Assembly: GCA_903892035.1 (NCBI GenBank)
Contig: CAITGV010000001.1
Coordinates: forward strand, 91,624-155,623
DNA from: an uncultured bacterium
GTDB taxonomy: Bacteria; Patescibacteriota; Minisyncoccia; Phycocordibacterales; UBA9973
Length of the DNA stretch: 64,000 nucleotides
Direction of reading: 5' to 3'
Shown: positions 10,001-18,674 of the stretch, piece by piece
Position numbering within the stretch: the stretch's first letter is position 1
How the letters are laid out: each line of letters starts with the position of its first letter
Position numbers and translations under genes: made by a program
Notes under the pieces: model-generated
The model's database searches: none
What the model was told of the DNA's origin: nothing
Seen by the model: the letters and a program-made list of their open reading frames with translations, nothing else

Positions 10001-11630
10001 CTGTTTTCCCAAGTCTTAAGATTGGATTTTGGAAACCCTCGTTATCGTCAAGACGACGCACCTTGTTCATCGTTTCGGTAATTTTATCCTCAACGACATC
10101 AAGTGCCTCTTTCTTATCAGAAAGAACAAGTACCGATTGGTGATTTAAAATCGCGTCAAAAATAATCGCGGTGATTGTATGACTTTTACCAGTACCCGGG
10201 GGACCCTCTACGGTGATGTACTTACAGCCTGGCTTCCTGATCGCCGACAGAATTTGAATCTGCTCACTATTGAGTGGGATAGGGCTTTCAGAAACGAGCC
10301 TGTCGGGAATTGAGGCATCGTCCCATTCTTTCTCAACCTCTGGATTGAGGAGAATTGGATTCTTATGAATAAAGTCTTCGATGAGGGTGTTGAATATTTG
10401 AGCAAGCTCTCCCTCTTCCAAACTAAGTTGCTGGAGAATTTCCTCATAGTCATTCACAAGAGCTTCGTCCGATTTATCGAACAAGGAGAAATAAATTGAG
10501 TTTGAAGTTCTGACGCTCAAGCTTCTCGCTTGCTGGGGATCCTTGGAAGCGAGATCGATATTTTTATCAAGATCAAAAAGGTTAGTGATCTCGTTTAAGA
10601 TCGCTTCGAGCGTGTCGTTAGACTTACCCTGAGATAAGTAGATGATACGGTCAGTTACAGTTTTCAAATTACCCTTTGTTCCTTTTTCTTTGTTGTACTC
10701 TTGTACGATGAATTCGAGTGCCTTTTTGTTTATATAAATCTGTGAATCAAATTCAATTTTAAAAACATCATTGTCTCTTCGCAGGGAAAAAGGCGTATAG
10801 AAAATTGGGTACTTCGTTTTATCAAAAGTGATGTCGCAGAAGTAGAGGTAAAATTCTTGCTTATCTAAAATCGCCCTATTCTTATCAATTTCAAAAAGCT
10901 CACTAAAAAGGTCTCCCACTTGGAACGATTCAAAGAAAGTGTTTATCGCATTTTTTGCATCAGAAAGATCTATCACCGATTTGATCTCTTTTTGAACATT
11001 AACTTTCTGTCCCGAGATAAGCAATTTCAGAATTTCAGAAAGCTTATTCTCGATAAGCCTCAAGAATATCTCGGTCAATTCTTCCTCCATTAAAAAGATA
11101 TCGTTCTCATCACCAATACCGAGGCTTTCAACCGATTTTTCAATACTACCGACAAAAGGCAACACTAAGAAAGTTTTTATATGCACCGCGCTGTCCTCAA
11201 GAATCAATCCAAGGGCTTTATCATATTCCTTGGCGTACAAAGTAGCCGACTTTTCAAGATCGTCCGTGACGGCATTGATAAGCTCATTTATTTGAGAATT
11301 TTGAATTTTACCAACCTGCAGGCTGATCAAATCCAAAAGACTTTGGGGTAAATTACTCCTGTACACGCCCTTGCTGATCGTACTCAAAGCTGACTTGTCA
11401 AAACCGTGAGTGATTAGTTTCCAAATTTCTTTTGTGAATGAGGGATATTTTGAAAGGTTAATCCCAACGAGTAGATTGTCACTGGTTCGATATTTTATTG
11501 ACCTTTTAGGATTCTTCCTTTTGTGGAAATCCGTCTCAAGAAAGTCCATGAAATACTTCGCAACTTCTTTAACAAAAGTTAGGTTGCCAAGTCGCTCTTT
11601 CTCTTCAGACTGATTGGATTCGTTTTTCAT
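7074..11630 (-). CDS. SF1 (Upf1/DNA2-like) helicase fused to DUF559/Vsr-like nuclease and Zn ribbons
   Basis: GPPGTGKS, IIDEASQ, GDKKQ, CQGEERD, RLNVGFSRAK; VDF..IEYDG..H..DIYRQKVLESYGYKFLRI; C-terminal CPRC...FYGCSKFPYC. Confidence 0.9.
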   Translation of the reverse strand: MKNESNQSEEKERLGNLTFVKEVAKYFMDFLETDFHKRKNPKRSIKYRTSDNLLVGINLSKYPSFTKEIWKLITHGFDKSALSTISKGVYRSNLPQSLLDLISLQVGKIQNSQINELINAVTDDLEKSATLYAKEYDKALGLILEDSAVHIKTFLVLPFVGSIEKSVESLGIGDENDIFLMEEELTEIFLRLIENKLSEILKLLISGQKVNVQKEIKSVIDLSDAKNAINTFFESFQVGDLFSELFEIDKNRAILDKQEFYLYFCDITFDKTKYPIFYTPFSLRRDNDVFKIEFDSQIYINKKALEFIVQEYNKEKGTKGNLKTVTDRIIYLSQGKSNDTLEAILNEITNLFDLDKNIDLASKDPQQARSLSVRTSNSIYFSLFDKSDEALVNDYEEILQQLSLEEGELAQIFNTLIEDFIHKNPILLNPEVEKEWDDASIPDRLVSESPIPLNSEQIQILSAIRKPGCKYITVEGPPGTGKSHTITAIIFDAILNHQSVLVLSDKKEALDVVEDKITETMNKVRRLDDNEGFQNPILRLGKTGNTYGQILAKSSIEKIKTHHRAVQKDFAAIEENISKLSNSLKEDIEAEALAYSEIDLKEISEFYSLEDFYSSHGYAFDLNELSQNESAIVFLGEFRSFILSLPQIFKNDCLSKILHVELETLKSKDILLNFLQILLAYYHLAQETYRRFGEDIQRISRLKVFAQKDLVNLKKWVRDCEEAKMPIVGYMFSGSKLQSLDNSFKELFPLVEYRIAHENIKELKQTIEIFDYFQALVAQSKLITEMSIDHVAVLVELVSSKTNFDEQEKIILSTEKEALSLFEEFDLCPASIQKLNISKEHFSGIFNSPLVTMSSLDFDRSARYPVLKASITSKFGSIPAMSYVSQKKELETLVTTQVTHVLDGRLIDFYNNNKADAETLREVIKNKMKFPKEQFLKLKDAFPCILAGIRDYAEYIPLNAGLFDLVIIDEASQVSIAQAFPALIRAKKVLILGDKKQFSNIKAAQAKSETNREYLNSLARVFRDQVSEEDSKLVKLGKFDIKTSILEFFEFITNYNTQLLKHFRGYKEIISYSNKYFYQGGLQVMKIRGKNIDDVIKFSFVDHDGKEESVPNSNRAEIDFIIKQLQTLYEAKTNQSVGIITPHTNQQKLLMEAISKLPERDFYFENLNLKIMTFDTCQGEERDIIFYSMVANENSDRLWGVFIKDFNSVDTEEDGKIKVQRLNVGFSRAKETIHFVLSKPLDKFSGSIGDALRHYYFILEEAKKEHDVSETDQKSKMEPEVLNWFYQTEFWKNNKENIEFFPQFEIGKYLKQLDRTYKHPHYKVDFLLVYKDENRNEHKIVIEYDGFKEHFSDLAEVNEFNYKEYYSEDDIYRQKVLESYGYKFLRINKFNIGANQISTLNERISGLIKNVRTSYNPVLTGIQETIEGLQNGDKKECPKCHEIREDVDFKNPKLISGRGKFCKYCKDLAQAVKDNKPAPVLSDKDCPRCRSKMILRNGKRGKFYGCSKFPYCKGTKAL

Positions 11631-11674
11631 TTATATCTTTACATTCTAGCATTTTTGATTTATTTTCTAAATCT

Positions 11675-11706
11675 TTAAAAATCGCCCCGCGCGGGGCGAT
11701 TTTTAA
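11675..11706. terminator. Perfect 32-bp palindrome / intrinsic terminator
   Basis: TTAAAAATCGCCCCGC-GCGGGGCGATTTTTAA just after the stop of 11714-12340. Confidence 0.65.
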
Positions 11707-11713
11707 TCGAAAC

Positions 11714-12340
11714 CTAAAGCCCGAGAGCTTTCATTTTTTCTCGGATATGAGGAGAACTTTTTGACTCTCTAGGAAATGACCCATCTTCATTAAAGAAAGA
11801 AATTTCTTTAGCTGAATGATTTGCTTTTTTGGGAAATAATAATGCAATTTTTTCTATGTCAGTGTATGGAGCAACTTCTAGCTTTTTACCCTCAATCTCT
11901 GGACTTTCTTTTATAAGTTTACCTACTGCTTCGGCAGCTACTTGCCAGTAGGTAGCGATTGCTATTTCGTGTTCAACAATAGATCCTTCGTGATATTTTT
12001 CTAGATGTTCCAATAATTCTTCAGTAGAATACCAAAGGATATCCCATTTGTGTGATCCTTCCGAATAGTCGATTTTTGTTGATTCTCCTAGCATGAGGAG
12101 AAATGCCAGTTTCAAGAGAGGAGTCCCATTTTCAGCGTGCATTGAAAACACATCAAGCCAGTTTCCCTCAAGTTTTCCATACAAGTGAGGGTAGTCTTTA
12201 AATCTCTCTTTCTTTTTCTGTTCATATTCAACATCGGACTTTTCGTTAGCAATTTCTGTTTTTTCATCCTCCTTTTGACGAAAAATACGCCAGAGTATAT
12301 ATGCTATTATCCCAAGAAGAATCACAATAAGTATTTCCAT
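11714..12340 (-). CDS. Hypothetical protein with N-terminal TM helix
   Basis: 208-aa ORF, hydrophobic N-terminus. Confidence 0.7.
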   Translation of the reverse strand: MEILIVILLGIIAYILWRIFRQKEDEKTEIANEKSDVEYEQKKKERFKDYPHLYGKLEGNWLDVFSMHAENGTPLLKLAFLLMLGESTKIDYSEGSHKWDILWYSTEELLEHLEKYHEGSIVEHEIAIATYWQVAAEAVGKLIKESPEIEGKKLEVAPYTDIEKIALLFPKKANHSAKEISFFNEDGSFPRESKSSPHIREKMKALGL

Positions 12341-12400
12341 ATCTTTATATTAGCAGAAAGCGACCCCGCTATAAAGCTCTAATTCTAAGCGTCTTGAACC

Positions 12401-12434
12401 AACTAAAAAGCACCCAATCGGGTGCTTTTTAGTT
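12401..12434 (-). terminator. Intrinsic terminator downstream of tRNA-Gln
   Basis: AACTAAAAAGCACCC-AATC-GGGTGCTTTTTAGTT, 15-bp stem with T-runs. Confidence 0.75.
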
Positions 12435-12582
12435 CTGAATACCGCTCTCAGCGGGTATGCTATTACTGAATAGATCCATTGAGTGGTTCGAGTCCAGAGA
12501 TGGTCATTGATTTTAGGATTTTTAGAGATTTCTAAAACCTTTATAAATCAACGCTCTCTGAGCGAACGAACTGCGCTCAACT

Positions 12583-12656
12583 TGGCTGCCGGACTTGGAC
12601 TCGAACCAAAATGACCACTTTCAGAGAGTGGCATCCTACCATTAGATGATCCGGCA
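12583..12656 (-). tRNA. tRNA-Gln(CTG)
   Basis: TGCCGGA acceptor stem, anticodon arm CCACT-CTCTGAA-AGTGG, GGTTCGAGTCC T-arm, encoded CCA. Confidence 0.96.
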
Positions 12657-12728
12657 ATGGTAAAAGCATTCTTACAATACCTTAAAAATGGCCTTTTTTC
12701 AAGGTCAAAAATCTGCTACACTCAAGTA

Positions 12729-13421
12729 ATGCCTGCACCAAAACACATTGTAATATTTTCACATGGATTCGGTACAAAAAAGGATGACCGAGGATTACTT
12801 TCTGGTGAACACGGAATTGCAGAAGCTTTACAAGAACAAGGTATCGAAACAATACTTTTCGACTACAATGATGTAAATGAAGATACTCAATACATTACAG
12901 TACGACCACTAAGTATTCAAATAAAAATGCTTGCAGATGTAATAGCTGAAAGTAGAGAGAGAAACGAAGATGTAATAATTGATATCATAGCTCATTCACA
13001 AGGTTGCATAACTCCTGCGAAACTAATGCCAGAAGGTATTCGCAAAATAATTTTCGTGGCCCCTTCGCTCGATGTAAACAACCAAAGAATGATAGACCAA
13101 TTCAAAGACCGCCCAGGAACGATAATAGATCTTGAAGGAACATCAACTTTTGGAGGACGCAAAGATGGAACTACAACTATTGTTCCAAAAGAATATTGGG
13201 TAGAAAGAGGGAATGCTCTGCCAATTCCCCTATTTAATGCGCTATCTAAAATTACAGAACTAACAATGATTCGGCCAAATCAAGATGACATTTTAGGAAA
13301 TATGAGCATTGATGGGCTCTCAAAAGAAATCAAAGTAATCTATCTCGATGGTAATCATGGTTTCCATGGAGAAAAAGATAGAACAAAATTAATTGAGACT
13401 ATAAAAAATATTTTAATTTAA
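12729..13421 (+). CDS. Alpha/beta hydrolase
   Basis: IFSHGFG, AHSQG nucleophile elbow, C-terminal GNHGF. Confidence 0.85.
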   Translation: MPAPKHIVIFSHGFGTKKDDRGLLSGEHGIAEALQEQGIETILFDYNDVNEDTQYITVRPLSIQIKMLADVIAESRERNEDVIIDIIAHSQGCITPAKLMPEGIRKIIFVAPSLDVNNQRMIDQFKDRPGTIIDLEGTSTFGGRKDGTTTIVPKEYWVERGNALPIPLFNALSKITELTMIRPNQDDILGNMSIDGLSKEIKVIYLDGNHGFHGEKDRTKLIETIKNILI

Positions 13422-13425
13422 TTTT

Positions 13426-15360
13426 TTATTTCTTCTCACCTCTGACTAGGACTTGAAGCAAGAGGTCGAGTTTGATTGTAGCGACGCCGGTGACGCGGTC
13501 GCCACCGCCGTAATAGATATAGAGTAAACCGTCGCGTTCGGTAATGCCACAAGGAAATACGACATTGTTTACTATTCCATTTTTTTCATAATCTTCCTCT
13601 GGTTCAAATATCGGGTCTGTCGTACGAGAGATGACAATTGCAGGGTCTTTTTTATCAAGCAAAACTGCGCCGACGCGGTATGTGCTGTGGCTTTTTGAAA
13701 CACCGTGATAAAGAAGGAGCCAACCGTATTTTGTCTTTATCGGTGGTGCCGCGATGCCAACTTTGAGCCCATCCCAAGCATTTACGCGTGGACCAAAAAT
13801 TCGAATGCATTTTTTAACACTATCTTTTTTGAAATCTAAGGAATGCAAATAGTCTCCGCAAACTTGCTCCCCTACGCGGTGCATCACCATATATCCACCT
13901 TGAACTTTTTCTGGAAATATACAAGTATCTTTGTCGTCAAAACCATTTGGAGTAATTAGAATTGGTTTTTCCCATTTCCAATTTTTTGCAAGAAAATCTT
14001 TTTCAGTTATTGAAGTCACAGCTACGCGTGGTGGGCCGATGCTGTCATAAGCTGTATAACACATATAAATAATTTTCCCAATTTGCGTAATGCGTGGGTC
14101 TTCACAACCAGAATTTGCACCGGTAATTTTTTTTATTTCAAAATCCTCATGTGGAGAATAAATAGGCTCCGTTAAGCGTTCAAAAATAGTCACCCCGTCT
14201 TTACTTGAAGCATAACCGATATACGAAGTATTGTCGCCAGAAAGTGCGCGGTAAAGGATGTAAGTCATTTTACCAATTTTTATTGCTGCAGGATTAAATA
14301 CTGCTTTTGACTCCCATTCATGCTCAGGTATAGGTAAAAGAATAGGATTATTTTTATATCTTTTGCATTGCCAATCACCCTCTGTCTCACTTCTCATAGT
14401 AGAAAGTAAATCATTTACATCCACACTTGCTCTACATGCTGTAGTATCACTTGCGCCATAATAAATATGCAATGTTCTATCTTCCAATATAGCTCCACTT
14501 GGAAAAACAATATTTGAAATGTGCCCTGTAAGTTCATACGACTCAGTTGGAACTAAAATTGGGCCTTTTGTGCGAGCCAAAATTTTATGTGCATCATTTC
14601 TATCCATCAACAATGCTTCAATACCAAAAATACGATCCTGATTATTTCCACTTTGAAAATAATTTTCTATATATGAATATAAAAGTAGCCAACCATATTT
14701 TGTTTTTACTGGCACTGCCCCAACTTCAGTATGGTCGTATTGTGAGCGAAGAGGATTTACAAGAACATGCTTTTCCAAATCTTCATTCCATTTATCCCAA
14801 AATTCTTTTTTCCAAAAATCTTCCACATTATTTGCTTCTGCAATTGCAATTTTTGCTGGAGGGCTGTCTGTATGAATTGTTAAAATTAAAATTACTTTTC
14901 CGTTTATTCTTTCAGGAAAAAGTGCTGCAGCTTTTGCATTAAAAGGTGTTACCAAATGTCTTTCATCAACTTTTTCTAAATTCTTTGAAATTGCTACTGC
15001 AACTTTTATATTTTCTGCAGAAAATGGATACCCACCAAGAGCAGTGTAGAATGTATAATATTTTCCTTCAAAAAAAGTCACGCGCGGGTCCTCGCAACCA
15101 TATTTCTCCCACTCTGCTTCTGGCACAATAAATTGCCTTCTATCTTCAAAATGCACTCCGTCTTTCCCCTGCCCAATACCTATCACAGAAACTTGTTCTG
15201 GTTTTCGCATTTTGTCTGGCAAGGACATTGCGCGATATAGTCCATAATAATTTTTTCCAATTTTTATTGGTGAAAGATTGAAAGTCGCCGAAGATTCCCA
15301 GTAATGGTCTCTATCTGGAACAAGTATTGGATTGTGATGTGAGCGTTTTACGACGTACAT
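13426..15360 (-). CDS. Tandem two-domain GH130 glycosidase/phosphorylase
   Basis: Two repeats of NPIL..WES..FN, GCEDPR, NIVFP/NVVFP..IYYG. Confidence 0.9.
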   Translation of the reverse strand: MYVVKRSHHNPILVPDRDHYWESSATFNLSPIKIGKNYYGLYRAMSLPDKMRKPEQVSVIGIGQGKDGVHFEDRRQFIVPEAEWEKYGCEDPRVTFFEGKYYTFYTALGGYPFSAENIKVAVAISKNLEKVDERHLVTPFNAKAAALFPERINGKVILILTIHTDSPPAKIAIAEANNVEDFWKKEFWDKWNEDLEKHVLVNPLRSQYDHTEVGAVPVKTKYGWLLLYSYIENYFQSGNNQDRIFGIEALLMDRNDAHKILARTKGPILVPTESYELTGHISNIVFPSGAILEDRTLHIYYGASDTTACRASVDVNDLLSTMRSETEGDWQCKRYKNNPILLPIPEHEWESKAVFNPAAIKIGKMTYILYRALSGDNTSYIGYASSKDGVTIFERLTEPIYSPHEDFEIKKITGANSGCEDPRITQIGKIIYMCYTAYDSIGPPRVAVTSITEKDFLAKNWKWEKPILITPNGFDDKDTCIFPEKVQGGYMVMHRVGEQVCGDYLHSLDFKKDSVKKCIRIFGPRVNAWDGLKVGIAAPPIKTKYGWLLLYHGVSKSHSTYRVGAVLLDKKDPAIVISRTTDPIFEPEEDYEKNGIVNNVVFPCGITERDGLLYIYYGGGDRVTGVATIKLDLLLQVLVRGEKK

Positions 15361-15361
15361 A

Positions 15362-16591
15362 TTATTTTTTCTTTTTAACTTCTTGTGTAGAAAATTTTGC
15401 ACTAATATTTTTAATTAATTCATTTAGAAAATCATCAAGCTTTGCAGTTGCGACACAAGCGACAGTATCTGCCCCACCGTAATACACAAAAAGCTTTCCA
15501 CTTTTCACCACTGCCCCACAACAGTATACAACCCCCCACTTGTGACCATTGTTCTCATACCACTCATCTGGAGCAAGGACTGATTCACGACTGCGATATA
15601 GTACTTTTTTCGGATCTTTTTCATCTAAAATCATTGCAAAAAGTTTATAACGATTTGGATCATTTTGCTCCATCGCATGATATAGCACAAGCCACCCGTA
15701 TTTTGTTTTTATTGGTGCTGGGCCCACTCCACGAATTCCCCTATCGCGAAGTTGCCACAAAGGGCTATCTTGATGCAAACTATGAATAAATTTTTTACCA
15801 TCGAAAGCATCGAGGCTCTCGACATAGTCAATCATTATTTCAGGAGAAATTGCATGAAGGATTGCATATTTACCATTTATTTTCTCCGGGAAAATTACCC
15901 AATTTTTCTGAACTTCACCCGGCGGAGAAATCATCACCGATTTTTTCCAAGCCCAATTTTTTAAAATTAAATTTCGAAGCGTTATTGAAGTGAGAGCAAT
16001 ACGCACAGAACCCCAGCCATCAAATGCTGTATAGAGCATATAAACTTTCCCATTTATTAAAGTTAGTCGTGGATCTTCGCACCCCCCACTCCATCCACCA
16101 CCAGATACATATGAAATAGGTTTATTTTTTTTATTTGTTTTTACGTAAACTCGCGTAAAAACTGGCATTCCAGATTTCTCAATAATACTTTCTCCATCGA
16201 GACTCAAAGCATAGCCCAATGCTGAAGTATCTCCCACGCCTATTGCACGGTATATGATGTGCACTTTGCCATCATGCTCTACTGCGGAAGGATTGAATGT
16301 AGCTACTGATTCCCAATTTGGATAATGCGAAGGAGAAATAATAGGGTTATTTGTGGCTCTTACTAACTTCAGTGGTGATACTACTATCTTTTTCTTTATT
16401 ACTTTTTTTGTAATTTTTTTAATTACTTTCTTTACTATCTTTTTTTTAATTACAATTTTCTTTTTTAGAATAACTTTTTTCTTAACAAATACTTTCTTTT
16501 TTGAGACAGTTTTTTTCTTAGAAATTACTTTTTTCTTTTTGAAGATTTTCTGTACAACTTTTTTAATTTTTTTCTTTTTTAAAATTACCAT
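15362..16591 (-). CDS. GH130 glycosidase with Lys-rich N-terminal extension
   Basis: WESVATFNP, GCEDPR, KNWVIF, VYYGGAD; KKKxxx repeats in the first ~70 aa. Confidence 0.88.
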   Translation of the reverse strand: MVILKKKKIKKVVQKIFKKKKVISKKKTVSKKKVFVKKKVILKKKIVIKKKIVKKVIKKITKKVIKKKIVVSPLKLVRATNNPIISPSHYPNWESVATFNPSAVEHDGKVHIIYRAIGVGDTSALGYALSLDGESIIEKSGMPVFTRVYVKTNKKNKPISYVSGGGWSGGCEDPRLTLINGKVYMLYTAFDGWGSVRIALTSITLRNLILKNWAWKKSVMISPPGEVQKNWVIFPEKINGKYAILHAISPEIMIDYVESLDAFDGKKFIHSLHQDSPLWQLRDRGIRGVGPAPIKTKYGWLVLYHAMEQNDPNRYKLFAMILDEKDPKKVLYRSRESVLAPDEWYENNGHKWGVVYCCGAVVKSGKLFVYYGGADTVACVATAKLDDFLNELIKNISAKFSTQEVKKKK

Positions 16592-16592
16592 T

Positions 16593-17360
16593 TTATTTTG
16601 AGATAAGTTTTTTTATGACTTTTTCGGTTTCTTTTGGACCAGAAACTTCTACACAATCTGCTCCGGAAGCCCTTGCTGGAAAATCATTTCCACCAGGCTC
16701 GAGTTTATCACCCACAAACATAATATCACTTTTAATCACCCCAAGATAGGAAATAATTTTATTTATTGAATAAGCCTTATCAATCCCCTTTCTTGTCACA
16801 TCAATAGTACTCATTCCACCCAAGCTTATTGAAAAATCAGGTAAAAATGGAAGCATTACATCTCGAAGTGCACTTCTCTTTTCCATTTTTGGGTCCCATA
16901 CAGATTTTATTTCGATCGGTGCACTTTGCCCGCATCCAGAAAATGAAATTTGTGTTGCTCTATCTTCTATCACAGGGCCATATGAAGGAGTAGGTAAAAT
17001 TATTTTTGTTTGTTTCAAGGCTTCGTTCCATGCGTGCATTATTTTTGTTTTTTCGTCAGTATTCAATAATTCTTCATATTCACAAACCCAATTATTATCC
17101 TTATATAAATATAAGGAACTTCCATTTGTTGGGAATAAATATAAATGATTTTTCAATCCATCACCTATGTGGCCAAGTCCATCTAGAATTTGTTTTTGAT
17201 ATTGAGGAAATGCTCCACCAGAAACAATTGCAACGTAATGCTCTTCCAAAAGAGAGCTCAGTAAATCAGACATTTCAATGGTCATTTTTGACTTACTTTC
17301 AGTGAGAGTACCGTCGAGGTCAAAAACCACAACTTTATATTTTTTTTGATCTGGAATCAT
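16593..17360 (-). CDS. HAD-IIB phosphomannomutase-like enzyme
   Basis: FDLDGTL, VSGG, GGMSTIDV, FVGDKLEPGGND. Confidence 0.88.
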   Translation of the reverse strand: MIPDQKKYKVVVFDLDGTLTESKSKMTIEMSDLLSSLLEEHYVAIVSGGAFPQYQKQILDGLGHIGDGLKNHLYLFPTNGSSLYLYKDNNWVCEYEELLNTDEKTKIMHAWNEALKQTKIILPTPSYGPVIEDRATQISFSGCGQSAPIEIKSVWDPKMEKRSALRDVMLPFLPDFSISLGGMSTIDVTRKGIDKAYSINKIISYLGVIKSDIMFVGDKLEPGGNDFPARASGADCVEVSGPKETEKVIKKLISK

Positions 17361-17845
17361 TTTTTTGTTTTTTTCTTTTTTGCATTAATTTTTGCTTTCG
17401 TACTTTTTTCAACAAGCAAAGAAGAGCTCTGGACTTTTCCACCGTGTCCAATGTCGTTCACGATTTTGCATCCAATTTCTTCACAAACCAAAACTTCAGG
17501 TGTAGGAATATTTCCAGTGTGACGATCGCCACCTTTTGCGAAAATATGTGGTCGTAGTGTTCGTAAATCATTACTAATACTTATATCTTTTGTATTTTTT
17601 TTATGAGAACTCAATATTACCCTATCGACTGCCTGAAATGCTTCAATAATTTCCTTGCGCTCGTGTTCTGGCATGAAAACATAACCTTTTTTTAATTTCA
17701 ACCAATTGTCATTGTTTATTACAACCACCAATTCGTCGCCAAGTTTTTTTGCTTCTTCAAACATACGCACATGCCCAATATGCACAGGATCGAAACCACC
17801 CGAGACCATCACAATTTTTTTCTTTTTACTTGTTTTCTCTGCCAT
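17357..17845 (-). CDS. Cytidylyltransferase family (TagD/RfaE-like)
   Basis: SGGFDPVHIGH, KGGDR, QSSS. Confidence 0.88.
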   Translation of the reverse strand: MAEKTSKKKKIVMVSGGFDPVHIGHVRMFEEAKKLGDELVVVINNDNWLKLKKGYVFMPEHERKEIIEAFQAVDRVILSSHKKNTKDISISNDLRTLRPHIFAKGGDRHTGNIPTPEVLVCEEIGCKIVNDIGHGGKVQSSSLLVEKSTKAKINAKKKKTKK

Positions 17846-18179
17846 AAATATCTTCGATTCTTACAATGTCTTCTTCGTCAAAATCTCCATATGCAATTTC
17901 TAAAATTTGAGCTTCATCTCCCCCACCTGCAAGTCTATGATGTTGCATTTTCTCAATTTTAAATTCATCACCTGGTTTTGCAGAAATTGTCTCTTCGCCA
18001 ATTGTGACTTTGGGATGTCCTGAAATTACACGCCAAAATTCTTCACGGTTGTGGTGATATTGCAAACTTAAAACTCCATCAGCTTTTACTGTAATAATTT
18101 TTACAGTAGTTATTTCATTATGAGTAAATTGTTCAAACTTACCCCATGGTCTTTCCACTACAAGTGTTTTCATATACAC
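17826..18179 (-). CDS. Mannose-6-phosphate isomerase-like cupin
   Basis: RPWG, LSLQYHHNREEFW, HRL, EEDIVRIEDIYGR. Confidence 0.9.
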   Translation of the reverse strand: MYMKTLVVERPWGKFEQFTHNEITTVKIITVKADGVLSLQYHHNREEFWRVISGHPKVTIGEETISAKPGDEFKIEKMQHHRLAGGGDEAQILEIAYGDFDEEDIVRIEDIYGRENK

Positions 18180-18182
18180 ATA

Positions 18183-18240
18183 ATAGCAAATAAAAAGAAC
18201 CCCGTCATTCGTGAATAATGGGGTTCTTTTTATTTGCTAT
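18183..18240. terminator. Long hairpin terminator
   Basis: ATAGCAAATAAAAAGAACCCC...GGGGTTCTTTTTATTTGCTAT, 21-bp perfect outer stem. Confidence 0.8.
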
Positions 18241-18249
18241 TTTACAGAT

Positions 18250-18582
18250 TTATTTTGTAGTTGAAGTAGATGCTGGGGCTGGAAGCTCGGAAATAGGAGC
18301 AATCTGCCATCCTCCACCTTGTCCATAACCAGAGTAGTCAGACATCATAGAACGGCGGTGATGAGAACCACTGTATCCATTTTCAAATGAACCCTTCATT
18401 TCACCTATTTTTTCACCAACACAGAAAACAAATGTTAAAATGAATATAACTAAAATCATTTTAATCAAGTTAAAATGACCATGCATTTTCTTTCCACACA
18501 TTGAACCCATGCCGTATTGCTTACATTCACAACCTCCGCATGAATTTCCTTCTTTATTTTCACCACATGTATTGTTACACAT
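18250..18582 (-). CDS. Hypothetical membrane protein, Cys-rich N-terminus
   Basis: 110-aa ORF with one TM helix, followed by a terminator. Confidence 0.7.
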   Translation of the reverse strand: MCNNTCGENKEGNSCGGCECKQYGMGSMCGKKMHGHFNLIKMILVIFILTFVFCVGEKIGEMKGSFENGYSGSHHRRSMMSDYSGYGQGGGWQIAPISELPAPASTSTTK

Positions 18583-18674
18583 ATATATTTTTTATAATTA
18601 ACTAATAAAAAGTCTTTTGTACGTATATTATACTACCTATTTCTATTTTGACCAAAATAAGGTAATCTCTATCT

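Larger units (their letters stand above)
1..12400. mobile_element. Integrated island / phage-satellite-like element; left end outside window, right end approximate, next to the tRNA-Gln 3' end
   Basis: Terminase, ParB-methylase, LSR and defence-like cargo; visibly more GC- and CpG-rich than the backbone; ends just downstream of a tRNA. Right boundary not defined by an att repeat. Confidence 0.7.

Noticed and set aside
12381-12410. Translates as NSKRLEPTKK, like the LSR C-terminal SKRLEP (possible integrase remnant)
   Set aside because: Only a 6-residue match, overlapping a terminator; no further homology visible.
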